This document shows positions 39,020 to 46,665 of a stretch of 55,469 nt of DNA, in pieces. The stretch lies in NCBI GenBank assembly GCA_003567655.1, contig PWZA01000022.1, positions 1 to 55,469 of the forward strand, read 5' to 3'. The position numbers and the translations under genes are program-made. The DNA comes from Dehalococcoidia bacterium. Its GTDB lineage: Bacteria > Chloroflexota > Dehalococcoidia > GIF9 > AB-539-J10. Position 1 is the first letter of the stretch; each line of letters starts with the position of its first letter. The notes beneath the pieces are model-generated. The model made no database searches and was not told the origin of the DNA. It saw nothing but the letters and a program-made list of their open reading frames with translations.

Positions 39020-39689
39020 CTTGGCCAGACAGAATCGAAAGCAGGGCGGCCTCTGTCTGGTTGTCCTTGCCGAGGAGGGTGGTGATCTTCACCAGCGAGT
39101 CCAGAAATGCCCTTGCCGAGCGAGCCTCCGAATTGCCGTTTCCGTCTATGCTGACGAACTTCTTCATGATGCCCTTAAGGTCGGGCGAGAGGAGACCCAT
39201 CATCTCGGCGACATCGAGAATGGTCTCCGTCCTTTCAAGTCCCAGTCTCTTGACGGATTCATCGGCCCAGTTCACCAGTCCGCCGATCGTGATAAGGTTT
39301 AGCTCGCGCTCCGAAGCGTGGGTCTTCTGCGGTTTCTGGACGGCTGGAGCTTTCTCCGGCTTATGCGCCTTTATCACCTCCTCGCGCGCTCTTTCCGGAT
39401 GCCTTTCCTTTACTGTCTCGTTGGCTGCCATCGTTTCCTCTGGTATGTCCTCTTCCTCTTTCTTGTTTGAAACGTCGTCTGGCTCCGCCTGGGGCTTCGA
39501 GTCGTTGTCGGCAGGTTGCTGGTCAACCGCGAGTTGCTCTTGGCCGGTGGCAACCTTCTCAGAGGGCGCATTGAACGGGTTATCGGCCTCCAGATACTTG
39601 TCTCTTAGGTCGAGCAGTACCGCCTGAACCTCGTTCTTCAGTATCTTGATGTCGCTTTCCAGATGGCCTATGTTCTCAGTTGTCTCCAT
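39006..39689 (-). CDS. ArlC/D/E-like archaellum accessory protein (coiled coil + acidic linker + FlaD/E-like C-terminal domain)
   Basis: The C-terminal LNLITIGGLVNWADESVKRLGLERTETILDVAEMMGLLSPDL resembles the FlaD/E pattern (L..W.eFL...G......L.YY...GWIS). Its position between arlB and arlF matches euryarchaeal operons. The call is tentative. Confidence 0.5.
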   Translation of the reverse strand: METTENIGHLESDIKILKNEVQAVLLDLRDKYLEADNPFNAPSEKVATGQEQLAVDQQPADNDSKPQAEPDDVSNKKEEEDIPEETMAANETVKERHPERAREEVIKAHKPEKAPAVQKPQKTHASERELNLITIGGLVNWADESVKRLGLERTETILDVAEMMGLLSPDLKGIMKKFVSIDGNGNSEARSARAFLDSLVKITTLLGKDNQTEAALLSILSGQDAHG

Positions 39690-39726
39690 TCGAGTTTCCT
39701 CCTCTGTTATGCCCTCTCTTTATCCT

Positions 39727-39763
39727 GGTAGGAATCAGCGGGGTTTTCCCGCTGATTCCTACC
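39727..39763 (-). terminator. Perfect 16-bp stem-loop between arlB and the downstream archaellum genes (attenuator / mRNA-stabilising hairpin)
   Basis: GGTAGGAATCAGCGGG-gtttt-CCCGCTGATTCCTACC lies 64 nt after the arlB stop and 37 nt before the next start. No U-tract follows it on the minus strand. Confidence 0.5.
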
Positions 39764-39827
39764 TCCATCGGCAGGTGGCTGTTCATCCAACACCGCACAT
39801 GCCGATTCTACCTGTTACCTAGTACGA

Positions 39828-40418
39828 TTAGAACAGGTCGTTGACTGCGTTCAGGGATCCGGGCAGAGTCCTCTTAATGGTTATGGCTGCACCGGTGGGC
39901 GGGATGATCTGCAGGGTAAAGCTGTCGTAGGGCTGCAGCGTGACCCCACCATCGATCGCGGTCACGTCGATGGTTATCGTCATCACCTGGTGCGGGCCGA
40001 GAAGAGGACTGTCTGCGCCCTCCGTGACGCCCTGCAACTCATGGGTGAAGGTGATGTCCGACACAACAACATTGGTGTCGGAGTAGTTGATTATGACGTT
40101 GCCGATGTCAACCGTCTGGTCGGCAAGGACCGAGGCCAGTGAGAATTGTATTTCCTCTACTGTGCCGTTGATGCCGGTGTCAGTGGTTGTGGCGTAGACT
40201 GAGCCCCTGACCTGCATTGATGCCTGTGCCTGAGCCAGCCCGCTGTATACTGCCTCCTGGCCTCGTTCAGCCGAGAAGATACCTGCCGACAGAACGCTGT
40301 AGGCAAGTACCGCGGCCACGGTCACGAAGGCGATCAGTATGATGGCGGTCTCAAGGCCGGTGATACCTTTTTCACCACGATGGAGCTTTCTTAGTGCTCT
40401 TACCATTGTCTTTTTCAT
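39828..40418 (-). CDS. arlB: Archaellin (ArlB/FlaB) with class III signal peptide
   Basis: The N-terminus is MKKTMVRALRKLHRGEKG|ITGLETAIILIAFVTVAAVLAYSVLSAGIF. The TGLE.AI.LIAF..VAAV core matches methanogen-type archaellins as I recall them. N-x-S/T sequons are present. Length is 196 aa. Confidence 0.8.
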   Translation of the reverse strand: MKKTMVRALRKLHRGEKGITGLETAIILIAFVTVAAVLAYSVLSAGIFSAERGQEAVYSGLAQAQASMQVRGSVYATTTDTGINGTVEEIQFSLASVLADQTVDIGNVIINYSDTNVVVSDITFTHELQGVTEGADSPLLGPHQVMTITIDVTAIDGGVTLQPYDSFTLQIIPPTGAAITIKRTLPGSLNAVNDLF

Positions 40419-40557
40419 TGTTCCTTTGTTCTTCTCCTTGTTTGTTTATTTGGTCTCCCTATATATTCCTTAGCCCCCGCCTCCCTCATGGTGCGGGTGC
40501 TACTCATTTTTGCGTGTTTCACATCTTGATCACCTCCTCGGAAATCCCGGCATAGTC

Positions 40558-40890
40558 TTAGCTGTCGTTATTGCCTTTCGACCTCCTGGTATTGCGAGAG
40601 CCTGAAAGGGGCGGTTTATCAGGCCTGGCTGTGCGTTTGTTGCCTGTGGTAACCGGTCTATGTTCCAGGCGCTCGCCGTTGTCCCGGAGGTCCTCTCCTG
40701 TATCGACCTCAGCCAGGAAGCGAGCGATTTCCCGGTATTCAAATCGGCGATCGCCCCGGGGGGCGATGCGGTATGCCTTGATCCTCCCGTCTTTGCTCCA
40801 GCGTCTCAGGGTGTTGGGGTGAACATGGAGGAGGCGTGCCACCTCCTTCACAGTGAGCATTGCATGCATCTTGTCATTACCTTCCATCAT
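40558..40890 (-). CDS. Excisionase/MerR-family helix-turn-helix DNA-binding protein with basic tail
   Basis: LTVKEVARLLHVHPNTLRRWSKDGRIKAYR is the typical excisionase-family HTH. An AGAGGAG RBS lies 9 nt before the ATG. It sits immediately upstream of arlB and co-directional with it. Confidence 0.75.
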   Translation of the reverse strand: MMEGNDKMHAMLTVKEVARLLHVHPNTLRRWSKDGRIKAYRIAPRGDRRFEYREIARFLAEVDTGEDLRDNGERLEHRPVTTGNKRTARPDKPPLSGSRNTRRSKGNNDS

Positions 40891-41226
40891 TCTCTGATCT
40901 CCTCTTTATCTAACCTCCTCCCTAAGCACTTAACCCGTTTTTAGTGTAACTTGGTGCAACTAACTGTACAATCACCCAAAAGTACGAATCGGACTAGAAA
41001 ATGGTCATGGCGGTATAGTCCTGTTGTTTATCGTGCATAGCTTCGGGTGAGGTTGGCCGGCTGCAAGGCGTTGCATGGGGAAGGGAGCTCGTGGGGACGG
41101 GTCAAAGGTGCAGCCGGGGCTGGTGTTGCAGCTATTGGAGGAGTATCGGATGGCGGCGCAGGACGCGAAGGTGTTATCGGAACGGGATGGGTGAGGTGCG
41201 GGGAGGGTTGTGTAGTGTGATAGGGG

Positions 41227-41303
41227 TGGTGGGCCATTGTGGATTCGAACCACAGACCCCGGTCTTATCAGGACCGTGCTCTAACCAACTGAGCTAATGG
41301 CCC
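41227..41303 (-). tRNA. tRNA-Ile (anticodon GAU), CCA encoded
   Basis: The cloverleaf was read by hand: GGGCCAT-TA-GCTC..GAGC-A-CGGTC-CTGATAA-GACCG-GGGTC-TGTGG-TTCGAAT-CCACA-ATGGCCC-A-CCA. Confidence 0.95.
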
Positions 41304-41431
41304 CAGCACTTCGAAATATACCTATTGTGAAGCGCTGCTGTCAAGTTCTGGGATCCCCGGGCGTACAACTCAGCACGTGTCGGGTAGGGGTAATCGCCAT
41401 CAAAGATAGTGTCTCGAGTGAAGCGGAACCT

Positions 41432-42586
41432 TTAGCCGAGGAAGGTGAGCAAGACGCCCGCGATTACTGCCGAGCCGATGACGCCCGCCACGTTCGGGCC
41501 CATGGCATGCATGAGCAGGAAGTTACGCGGGTTCTCCTTCTGCCCCACCTGCTGAGCAACCCGGGCTGCCATGGGCACAGCGGAAACCCCGGCCGCGCCG
41601 ATAATGGGGTTGAAGGGCTCCTTGCTGACTAGCTTCATCAGTTTTCCCATAAGCACACCACCGGCCGTGCCGCCTGCGAAGGCAACCAGGCCCAGACCCA
41701 GAACCATGAGCGTCTCCGGTCGCAGTACAACTTCAGCCGGCATGCGCGCTCCTACACAGAGCATGAGGATTATGGTTGTGATGTTTATGAGCGCATCCTG
41801 TGCTGTGTCGGACAGCCTATCCACCACTCCGCTCACCCGCAACAAATTGCCGAACATGAACATCCCGACCAGGGGGGCACTGCGAGGCACCAGAAGCACG
41901 ACGAGAATGAGGCATACGATGGGGAACAGAAGCTCCTCTCTCCCGGAAACGGGTCGCGCCTGGGGCTTCATGTAGATCTGCCTCTCCTTTTTTGATGTCA
42001 GTGCCCGTATGATGGGGGGCTGAATAAGTGGAACCAGTGCCATGTAGGAATAGGCGGTCACTGCGGTTACGCCCATAAGCTCGGGAGCCAGTTGGGAGGT
42101 TACGAAGATGGTGGTGGGACCGTCGGCTCCGCCGATAATCGCGATGGAGGCTGCTTCTTTGAGGCCGAAGTCGGCAAGGCCGAAGTGCCCCAGCAGCAGG
42201 GCAAAGACAAAGGCGATCACTATGCCTACCTGTGATGCTGCCCCGAGCAGGAACAGCTTGGGGTTGGCTATGAGCGGAGTGAAATCGGTCATGGCGCCGA
42301 GACCGACGAAGATGAGAACGGGCAGAATGGTGTAGCGCACAAGCCCGTATTCAATGAACACTCCCAGGAAGCCGGCGGCCCCGGTCTCCCCGGGCACATC
42401 GCTGGGGTAGACTACAAGCCCGGTGCCGGGAAGGTTGACCAGGATCGCTCCCACTCCGACCGGAAGCAGTACGTATGGTTCCCACTTCTTAGATATGGCA
42501 AGATAGATGAAGGCCAGTCCCACGAAGATCATGGCCACATTGCCCCACGTGAGGTCGCCGAAGCCTGTACCCAGAAAGTCCAGCAT
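41432..42586 (-). CDS. oadB: Na+-translocating decarboxylase beta subunit (OadB/GcdB/MmdB family)
   Basis: The 384-aa polytopic protein has the N-terminus GNVAMIFVGLAFIYLAISKKWEPYVLLPVGVGAILVNLP and the conserved segments LGAMTDF and GAADGPT(T)IF typical of OadB. Confidence 0.88.
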   Translation of the reverse strand: MLDFLGTGFGDLTWGNVAMIFVGLAFIYLAISKKWEPYVLLPVGVGAILVNLPGTGLVVYPSDVPGETGAAGFLGVFIEYGLVRYTILPVLIFVGLGAMTDFTPLIANPKLFLLGAASQVGIVIAFVFALLLGHFGLADFGLKEAASIAIIGGADGPTTIFVTSQLAPELMGVTAVTAYSYMALVPLIQPPIIRALTSKKERQIYMKPQARPVSGREELLFPIVCLILVVLLVPRSAPLVGMFMFGNLLRVSGVVDRLSDTAQDALINITTIILMLCVGARMPAEVVLRPETLMVLGLGLVAFAGGTAGGVLMGKLMKLVSKEPFNPIIGAAGVSAVPMAARVAQQVGQKENPRNFLLMHAMGPNVAGVIGSAVIAGVLLTFLG

Positions 42587-42690
42587 CTTATACCTTCGAA
42601 TACCAGATTTAAGCTATAAACGTAGCATCAGCGGCTGGCCTGGAGGCCTGCGGCACGCTCTTTTCCTCCATCGGCTGATACATTCTCGTC

Positions 42691-42861
42691 TCACGGCTCT
42701 GCTTTGCGCTCACTGCTCTTCGCCTCGGCCCTGGCTGCGACTCTCTGCAGTAGCACTCCTGCCAACCACGTTGCCAGGGCCAGCAAGATCAGTACAGCGC
42801 CCACCATGCCCAGTCCGGCCCCGGCAATGCGTGTTGCCTCACCCCAATCAATCGCTGGCAA
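42691..42861 (-). CDS. Candidate small single-TM subunit (OadG/gamma-like), absent from the ORF track
   Basis: This 56-aa ORF has a TTG start 5 nt after GGGGGT. It encodes PAIDWGEATRIAGAGLGMVGAVLILLALATWLAGVLLQRVAARAEAKSSERKAEP. The single TM helix plus basic tail, 105 nt upstream of oadB, matches the layout of gamma/delta subunits. Confidence 0.4.
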   Translation of the reverse strand: MPAIDWGEATRIAGAGLGMVGAVLILLALATWLAGVLLQRVAARAEAKSSERKAEP

Positions 42862-42980
42862 AGATTACCCCCGGAAAAAGGAGCCTAGCGGCCCAAAGAC
42901 ACCGTACGGAATTGTCAGGATGAACGACTATGACAGTGGAGAGCGACCGTGCGGTCCTGCCCTCCGGCGGGTGCATCATA

Positions 42981-43454
42981 TCAATAACCCTGCCTCTCTT
43001 GCCATAGAACAGCGGCGGTACGTTTCACGGTTGCGTAGTCGAAACCGCGGTAGGCAAGATAGTTTGACAAACGCCGGTAGAATTCTCGATAGTCCGAAGC
43101 GTTGAGCGCCTGCATCCGGTTATAGCCCAGCCTGTAGGCAACCGCCTCGTCGTCTATGTCGCTGGTCACCTGATCGATGATCTCGGCAGGCACCTTCTTC
43201 TCGCGCAACTCCTTCACTATCAACCTCTTGCTCTTGGGCCTGAACGTGAGGCGGTTATCCTTCCAGAACTGTGCAAAGGCCAGATCGTCGCTCAAGTCTA
43301 ACTCTCTTAGTCTTGCGATTGCTTTCTCGATCACTTCGCCGGCAAAGCCGCGTCGCCTGAGCGAGTGTCTGATTTCTCCTTCGCTGCGCGGGCGGTAGCT
43401 GAGATAGCGGTAGGCCGCATCAAGGGAATCCTGCAGAGAATTGCTCTCTACCAA
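42981..43454 (-). CDS. recX: Recombination regulator RecX
   Basis: It lies 21 nt downstream of recA. The 157-aa protein has RecX-type helical repeats (YLSYRPRSEGEIRHSLRRRGF...). Confidence 0.88.
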   Translation of the reverse strand: MVESNSLQDSLDAAYRYLSYRPRSEGEIRHSLRRRGFAGEVIEKAIARLRELDLSDDLAFAQFWKDNRLTFRPKSKRLIVKELREKKVPAEIIDQVTSDIDDEAVAYRLGYNRMQALNASDYREFYRRLSNYLAYRGFDYATVKRTAAVLWQERQGY

Positions 43455-43475
43455 TAGTCCTCTCTATGAGTGGTA

Positions 43476-44513
43476 TCAGTCTTCCTGTGCAGACGCCTGG
43501 GGACCCCCTTCCAGAGCGAGGTTGGGGGTAGCGGCTGATGCTCTTATCCTGGCTTCCAGTTCTGCGGCAATGTCGGGGTTCTGTCTCAGGTAATCCTTGG
43601 CATTCTCTCTGCCCTGTCCCAGCTTTGTATCGCCATAGGTAAAAAAGGCACCTGACTTCTTCAATATCCCGGTGTCCACCCCGAGGTCGACGAGGTTCCC
43701 TTGCTTGCTTATACCGTGGTTGAACATGATGTCGAACTCAGCGCTGCGAAAGGGAGGGGCTACCTTGTTCTTGACCACCCTGGCCCTTACCTTGGTGCCC
43801 ACTATCTCTGTGCCATGCTTGAGGGTATCCCCGCGCCGCAGATCTATCCTGACGGAGCTGTAGAACTTGAGAGCTCTTCCTCCCGGAGTGACCTCCGGGT
43901 TGCCGAATATGATGCCCACCTTCTCCCGCAGCTGGTTGATGAAGACGACGGCTACGTTGGACTTACTGATGGCGGCGCTAAGCTTCCGCAGTGCCTGGGA
44001 CATCAGGCGCGCCTGCAGGCCGACGTGTGAATCGCCCATCTCGCCCTCTATCTCCGCCCTGGGCACCAGGGCGGCCACACTGTCGATCACTATCAGGTCG
44101 ATGCCACTGCTTCTAACCAGTCTCTCGGTAATCTCCAGGGCCTGCTCGCCGGTATCCGGCTGCGAGATGTACAGATCGGCCAGTTTCAGACCGCAGTTGG
44201 CAGCATAGGCGGGGTCGAATGCGTGCTCCGCATCGATATATGCTGCCACGCCGCCGGCTCTCTGAGCCTCAGCCATTATGTGCTGGGCGAGGGTGGTCTT
44301 GCCCGAGGCCTCGGAGCCGAATATCTCGGTAACTCGTCCTCTCGGTATGCCGCCTATTCCCAAGGCCATGTCGAGGGACAGTGCTCCGGTGGGTATGGCA
44401 TCTACAGACACACGGGCCCGCCCTTCCCCCAGCTTCATAATCGAACCCCTGCCGTAGTGCTTCTCGATCTGCTCGATGGCCAGCTCTATGGCCTTATCTT
44501 TCTCGGTAGCCAT
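43476..44513 (-). CDS. recA: Recombinase RecA (bacterial)
   Basis: It has [31 protein letters not shown], the Walker [11 protein letters not shown] and the L2 loop [22 protein letters not shown]. Confidence 0.97.
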   Translation of the reverse strand: MATEKDKAIELAIEQIEKHYGRGSIMKLGEGRARVSVDAIPTGALSLDMALGIGGIPRGRVTEIFGSEASGKTTLAQHIMAEAQRAGGVAAYIDAEHAFDPAYAANCGLKLADLYISQPDTGEQALEITERLVRSSGIDLIVIDSVAALVPRAEIEGEMGDSHVGLQARLMSQALRKLSAAISKSNVAVVFINQLREKVGIIFGNPEVTPGGRALKFYSSVRIDLRRGDTLKHGTEIVGTKVRARVVKNKVAPPFRSAEFDIMFNHGISKQGNLVDLGVDTGILKKSGAFFTYGDTKLGQGRENAKDYLRQNPDIAAELEARIRASAATPNLALEGGPQASAQED

Positions 44514-44654
44514 CTCCTGAGTACTATAGCACAGGCCTAGAGCGTCGTCAACGAGATAATGACTCTGTGCTTACTGTCTTTGCCACTGGCTCAAACATGC
44601 CGTATATGCTCTGGCTGAGGGGTGCGGGCAAGCTTTGCCGCGGATGAGGTAGCT

Positions 44655-45305
44655 TCAGGTAGACGCCTGGTTATCGGCCAGGATATCGTCCAGACCTCTT
44701 GCCTCCTCGAGGCGATAAGGGCCTACCCTGGTGCGGCGCACCTCAGCTACGGTGGCGCCCACTCCCAGTCTCTCTCCGATGTCATGGGCGAGGCTTCTGA
44801 CATAGAAGCCCGAGGACACCTCGCAGGCCACCGTAAAGTCGGGGAATCGAAAGTCTTTCAGTTCCAGTGAGTGGATACTCACCTTGCTGGGGCGCATTTC
44901 TACATCGACGCCTTTTCTAGCAAGCTCGTAGGCCTTGCGCCCTTCGATCTTCTTAGCTGAGAACGACGGAGGAGTCTGCCACATGTCGCCGTGAAAGTCC
45001 TGCAGCACTCTCTCCAACTCGTCCCTTGTCACCTCATCGTTGCTCTGCCGCAGAACCTTTCCCTCGAGGTCATAGGTGTCCGTTTCGATACCGAGCACTA
45101 TCTTAACCTCGTAGGCCTTATCCAGCCTGAGAAACAGGGAAGCGTTCTTCGTGCGCTTGCCGGTGAGGACAACCAGAAGCCCTGTCGCCATGGGATCCAG
45201 AGTCCCTGTGTGACCGACCTTAACGTTGAACTTCCTCTTTATGCGCGCTACAACACGGGCTGAGGTCAGTCCCTTAGGCTTGTCTACGAGGAGCATCTTA
45301 TCCAT
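44655..45305 (-). CDS. truB: tRNA pseudouridine(55) synthase (short form, no obvious PUA domain)
   Basis: LLVDKPKGLTS and the catalytic-Asp motif GHTGTLDPMATGLLVV are present. ATG 45305 was chosen. The upstream 76 codons of the ORF-track call look non-coding. Confidence 0.88.
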   Translation of the reverse strand: MDKMLLVDKPKGLTSARVVARIKRKFNVKVGHTGTLDPMATGLLVVLTGKRTKNASLFLRLDKAYEVKIVLGIETDTYDLEGKVLRQSNDEVTRDELERVLQDFHGDMWQTPPSFSAKKIEGRKAYELARKGVDVEMRPSKVSIHSLELKDFRFPDFTVACEVSSGFYVRSLAHDIGERLGVGATVAEVRRTRVGPYRLEEARGLDDILADNQAST

Positions 45306-45387
45306 TCCGTAAGTATAGCGGAAATACGAGCCTATAGCATCCGCGCTGCTCTGCGTTCTTGGCGTGGATATGGCCTGAGGCACTTGG

Positions 45388-45416
45388 TTGACAAGGGTAA
45401 TAGGCGATTGTATACT
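45388..45416 (+). promoter_or_regulatory. Sigma-70-like promoter (TTGACA-17 nt-TATACT)
   Basis: TTGACA lies at 45388-45393, followed by a 17-nt spacer and TATACT at 45411-45416. It sits about 125 nt upstream of the 91-aa ORF and the tRNA-Lys gene. Confidence 0.4.
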
Positions 45417-45542
45417 TTTGCACAGACAGTGTGCAGGGGAGCTATTGGCTTTTCTCTGATGGTTCCCCGGGCAGGATGCGGTGGGCTCAAATCTCGCCAC
45501 CTTGGTTTTGACAATCGCAATCGGCAAAGACAAGACCCGTAA

Positions 45543-45818
45543 ATGAGGATAAAGCTAGACAGTAAGCAATTGGCGGGGCTTTCGCACCATCTTCCTTTTG
45601 AAGTGATAGTGGAGGACCCGAGGGATGTGAAGGGGATGCTTGAGATCCTCGGCCACAACATGCCGTGGGACGATATGGGGCTGAGCAAATTCGGAGATCC
45701 GCTCAGGAAGCCCACCAGGGTAACCTTCTCAGTTGAGGCGGTGGATGGTGGGTTCGTCTGCGATATTCACCCTGCCTTTGCCTGCTACATATCCAACCTC
45801 TTGATTGGAGGAAAATAG
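45543..45818 (+). CDS. Hypothetical 91-aa protein
   Basis: The ORF has an ATG start and no recognised motif. It lies between the truB promoter region and tRNA-Lys. Confidence 0.4.
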   Translation: MRIKLDSKQLAGLSHHLPFEVIVEDPRDVKGMLEILGHNMPWDDMGLSKFGDPLRKPTRVTFSVEAVDGGFVCDIHPAFACYISNLLIGGK

Positions 45819-45842
45819 GTCGCCTGTAGTTCACATAATCAT

Positions 45843-45918
45843 GGGCCGTTAGCTCAGCTGGTAGAGCACCTGACTTTTAATCAGGGTGTCACAGGTTCGA
45901 ATCCTGTACGGCCTACCA
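45843..45918 (+). tRNA. tRNA-Lys (anticodon UUU), CCA encoded
   Basis: The hand-folded cloverleaf is GGGCCGT-TA-GCTC..GAGC-A-CCTGA-CTTTTAA-TCAGG-GTGTC-ACAGG-TTCGAAT-CCTGT-ACGGCCT-A-CCA. Confidence 0.95.
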
Positions 45919-46014
45919 TCAACCCTCTCATTACAGTTTACATAAAGAATCTCGTTGACCGCGGCACCCGCCAAGTGTAGAATGCCATGAAGCAACTGCC
46001 GGGAGGTATAGGCT

Positions 46015-46509
46015 ATGGCAATGAAGATGTCACTCAAGGAAGCCAGGGAACGTGCCGTGGAACTGATGCACAGGGGCTATCACTGCGGGCCTAGCGTTTT
46101 GCAGGTGATGTGTGAGGCGTACGGGATTGAGAACGAGGACGTGTTGTGGGCAGGCACCGCCTTCACCGGCGGCATAGCCGGCCATCAAACGGCGCCCTGT
46201 GGCGCCGTGTCGGGGGCGACAGTTGCTCTGGGACTGCGTCACATTTGTCCTGCTTCTGATCCCCGGCGGGCAAAGCAGGAGCGTTCCCTTGCGCGCGAGG
46301 AGGCCGGTCAACTGGTCGGCAGTTTCATCGAGAGTTTTGGTTCCATCTCCTGTATCGACCTGCTCGGCATTGACTTCTCTCAGCCAGGGGCATACCAGGC
46401 ATTCCGGGAGTCGGGGGTATGGAAGGACAAGTGCAACAGATATGTGGAATACGTGATAGAGAGGCTTTACGAGCTGGATGAGGAGCGGAGCGATGGCAGG
46501 GGGCCATAG
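46015..46509 (+). CDS. C_GCAxxG_C_C family redox protein
   Basis: The family's Cys pattern is present: YHCGPSVLQVM...APCGAVSGATVALG...GSISCIDL...DKC. Confidence 0.8.
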   Translation: MAMKMSLKEARERAVELMHRGYHCGPSVLQVMCEAYGIENEDVLWAGTAFTGGIAGHQTAPCGAVSGATVALGLRHICPASDPRRAKQERSLAREEAGQLVGSFIESFGSISCIDLLGIDFSQPGAYQAFRESGVWKDKCNRYVEYVIERLYELDEERSDGRGP

Positions 46510-46665
46510 CATGGGCCGGGCACCACTTTTGTTGCGGCTACTTCGTCCGCTGTTTTCGGTGTGTCAGGTCGCGTAGCCGATGCCTTGTCCGTGTCTTAGC
46601 TTGTGATATATACTTAGCCGTCAGGCTCTATTCAGGGCCGACAAATCCACTTCAGGAGGCAAGAA

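Noticed and set aside
25788-41226. att-like direct repeats of the tRNA-Ile 3' half, or an integrase gene, that would delimit a classical genomic island.
   Set aside because: Visual inspection of the intergenic regions at 25.8-26.0, 29.7-29.8 and 40.9-41.2 kb found no copy of the tRNA 3' end. No integrase-like ORF exists in the window. This needs a computational repeat search before it can be excluded.
41005-41632. ORFs 41005-41253, 41028-41237, 41091-41297 and 41297-41632 around the tRNA-Ile gene.
   Set aside because: They overlap the tRNA gene or the oadB 3' end. They are Pro/Ala/Arg-rich and have no motifs or RBS.
44514-44654. A LexA/SOS (Cheo-type GAAC-N4-GTTC) operator upstream of recA.
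   Set aside because: No such palindrome is visible in the 140-nt recA upstream region, so no regulatory site is claimed.
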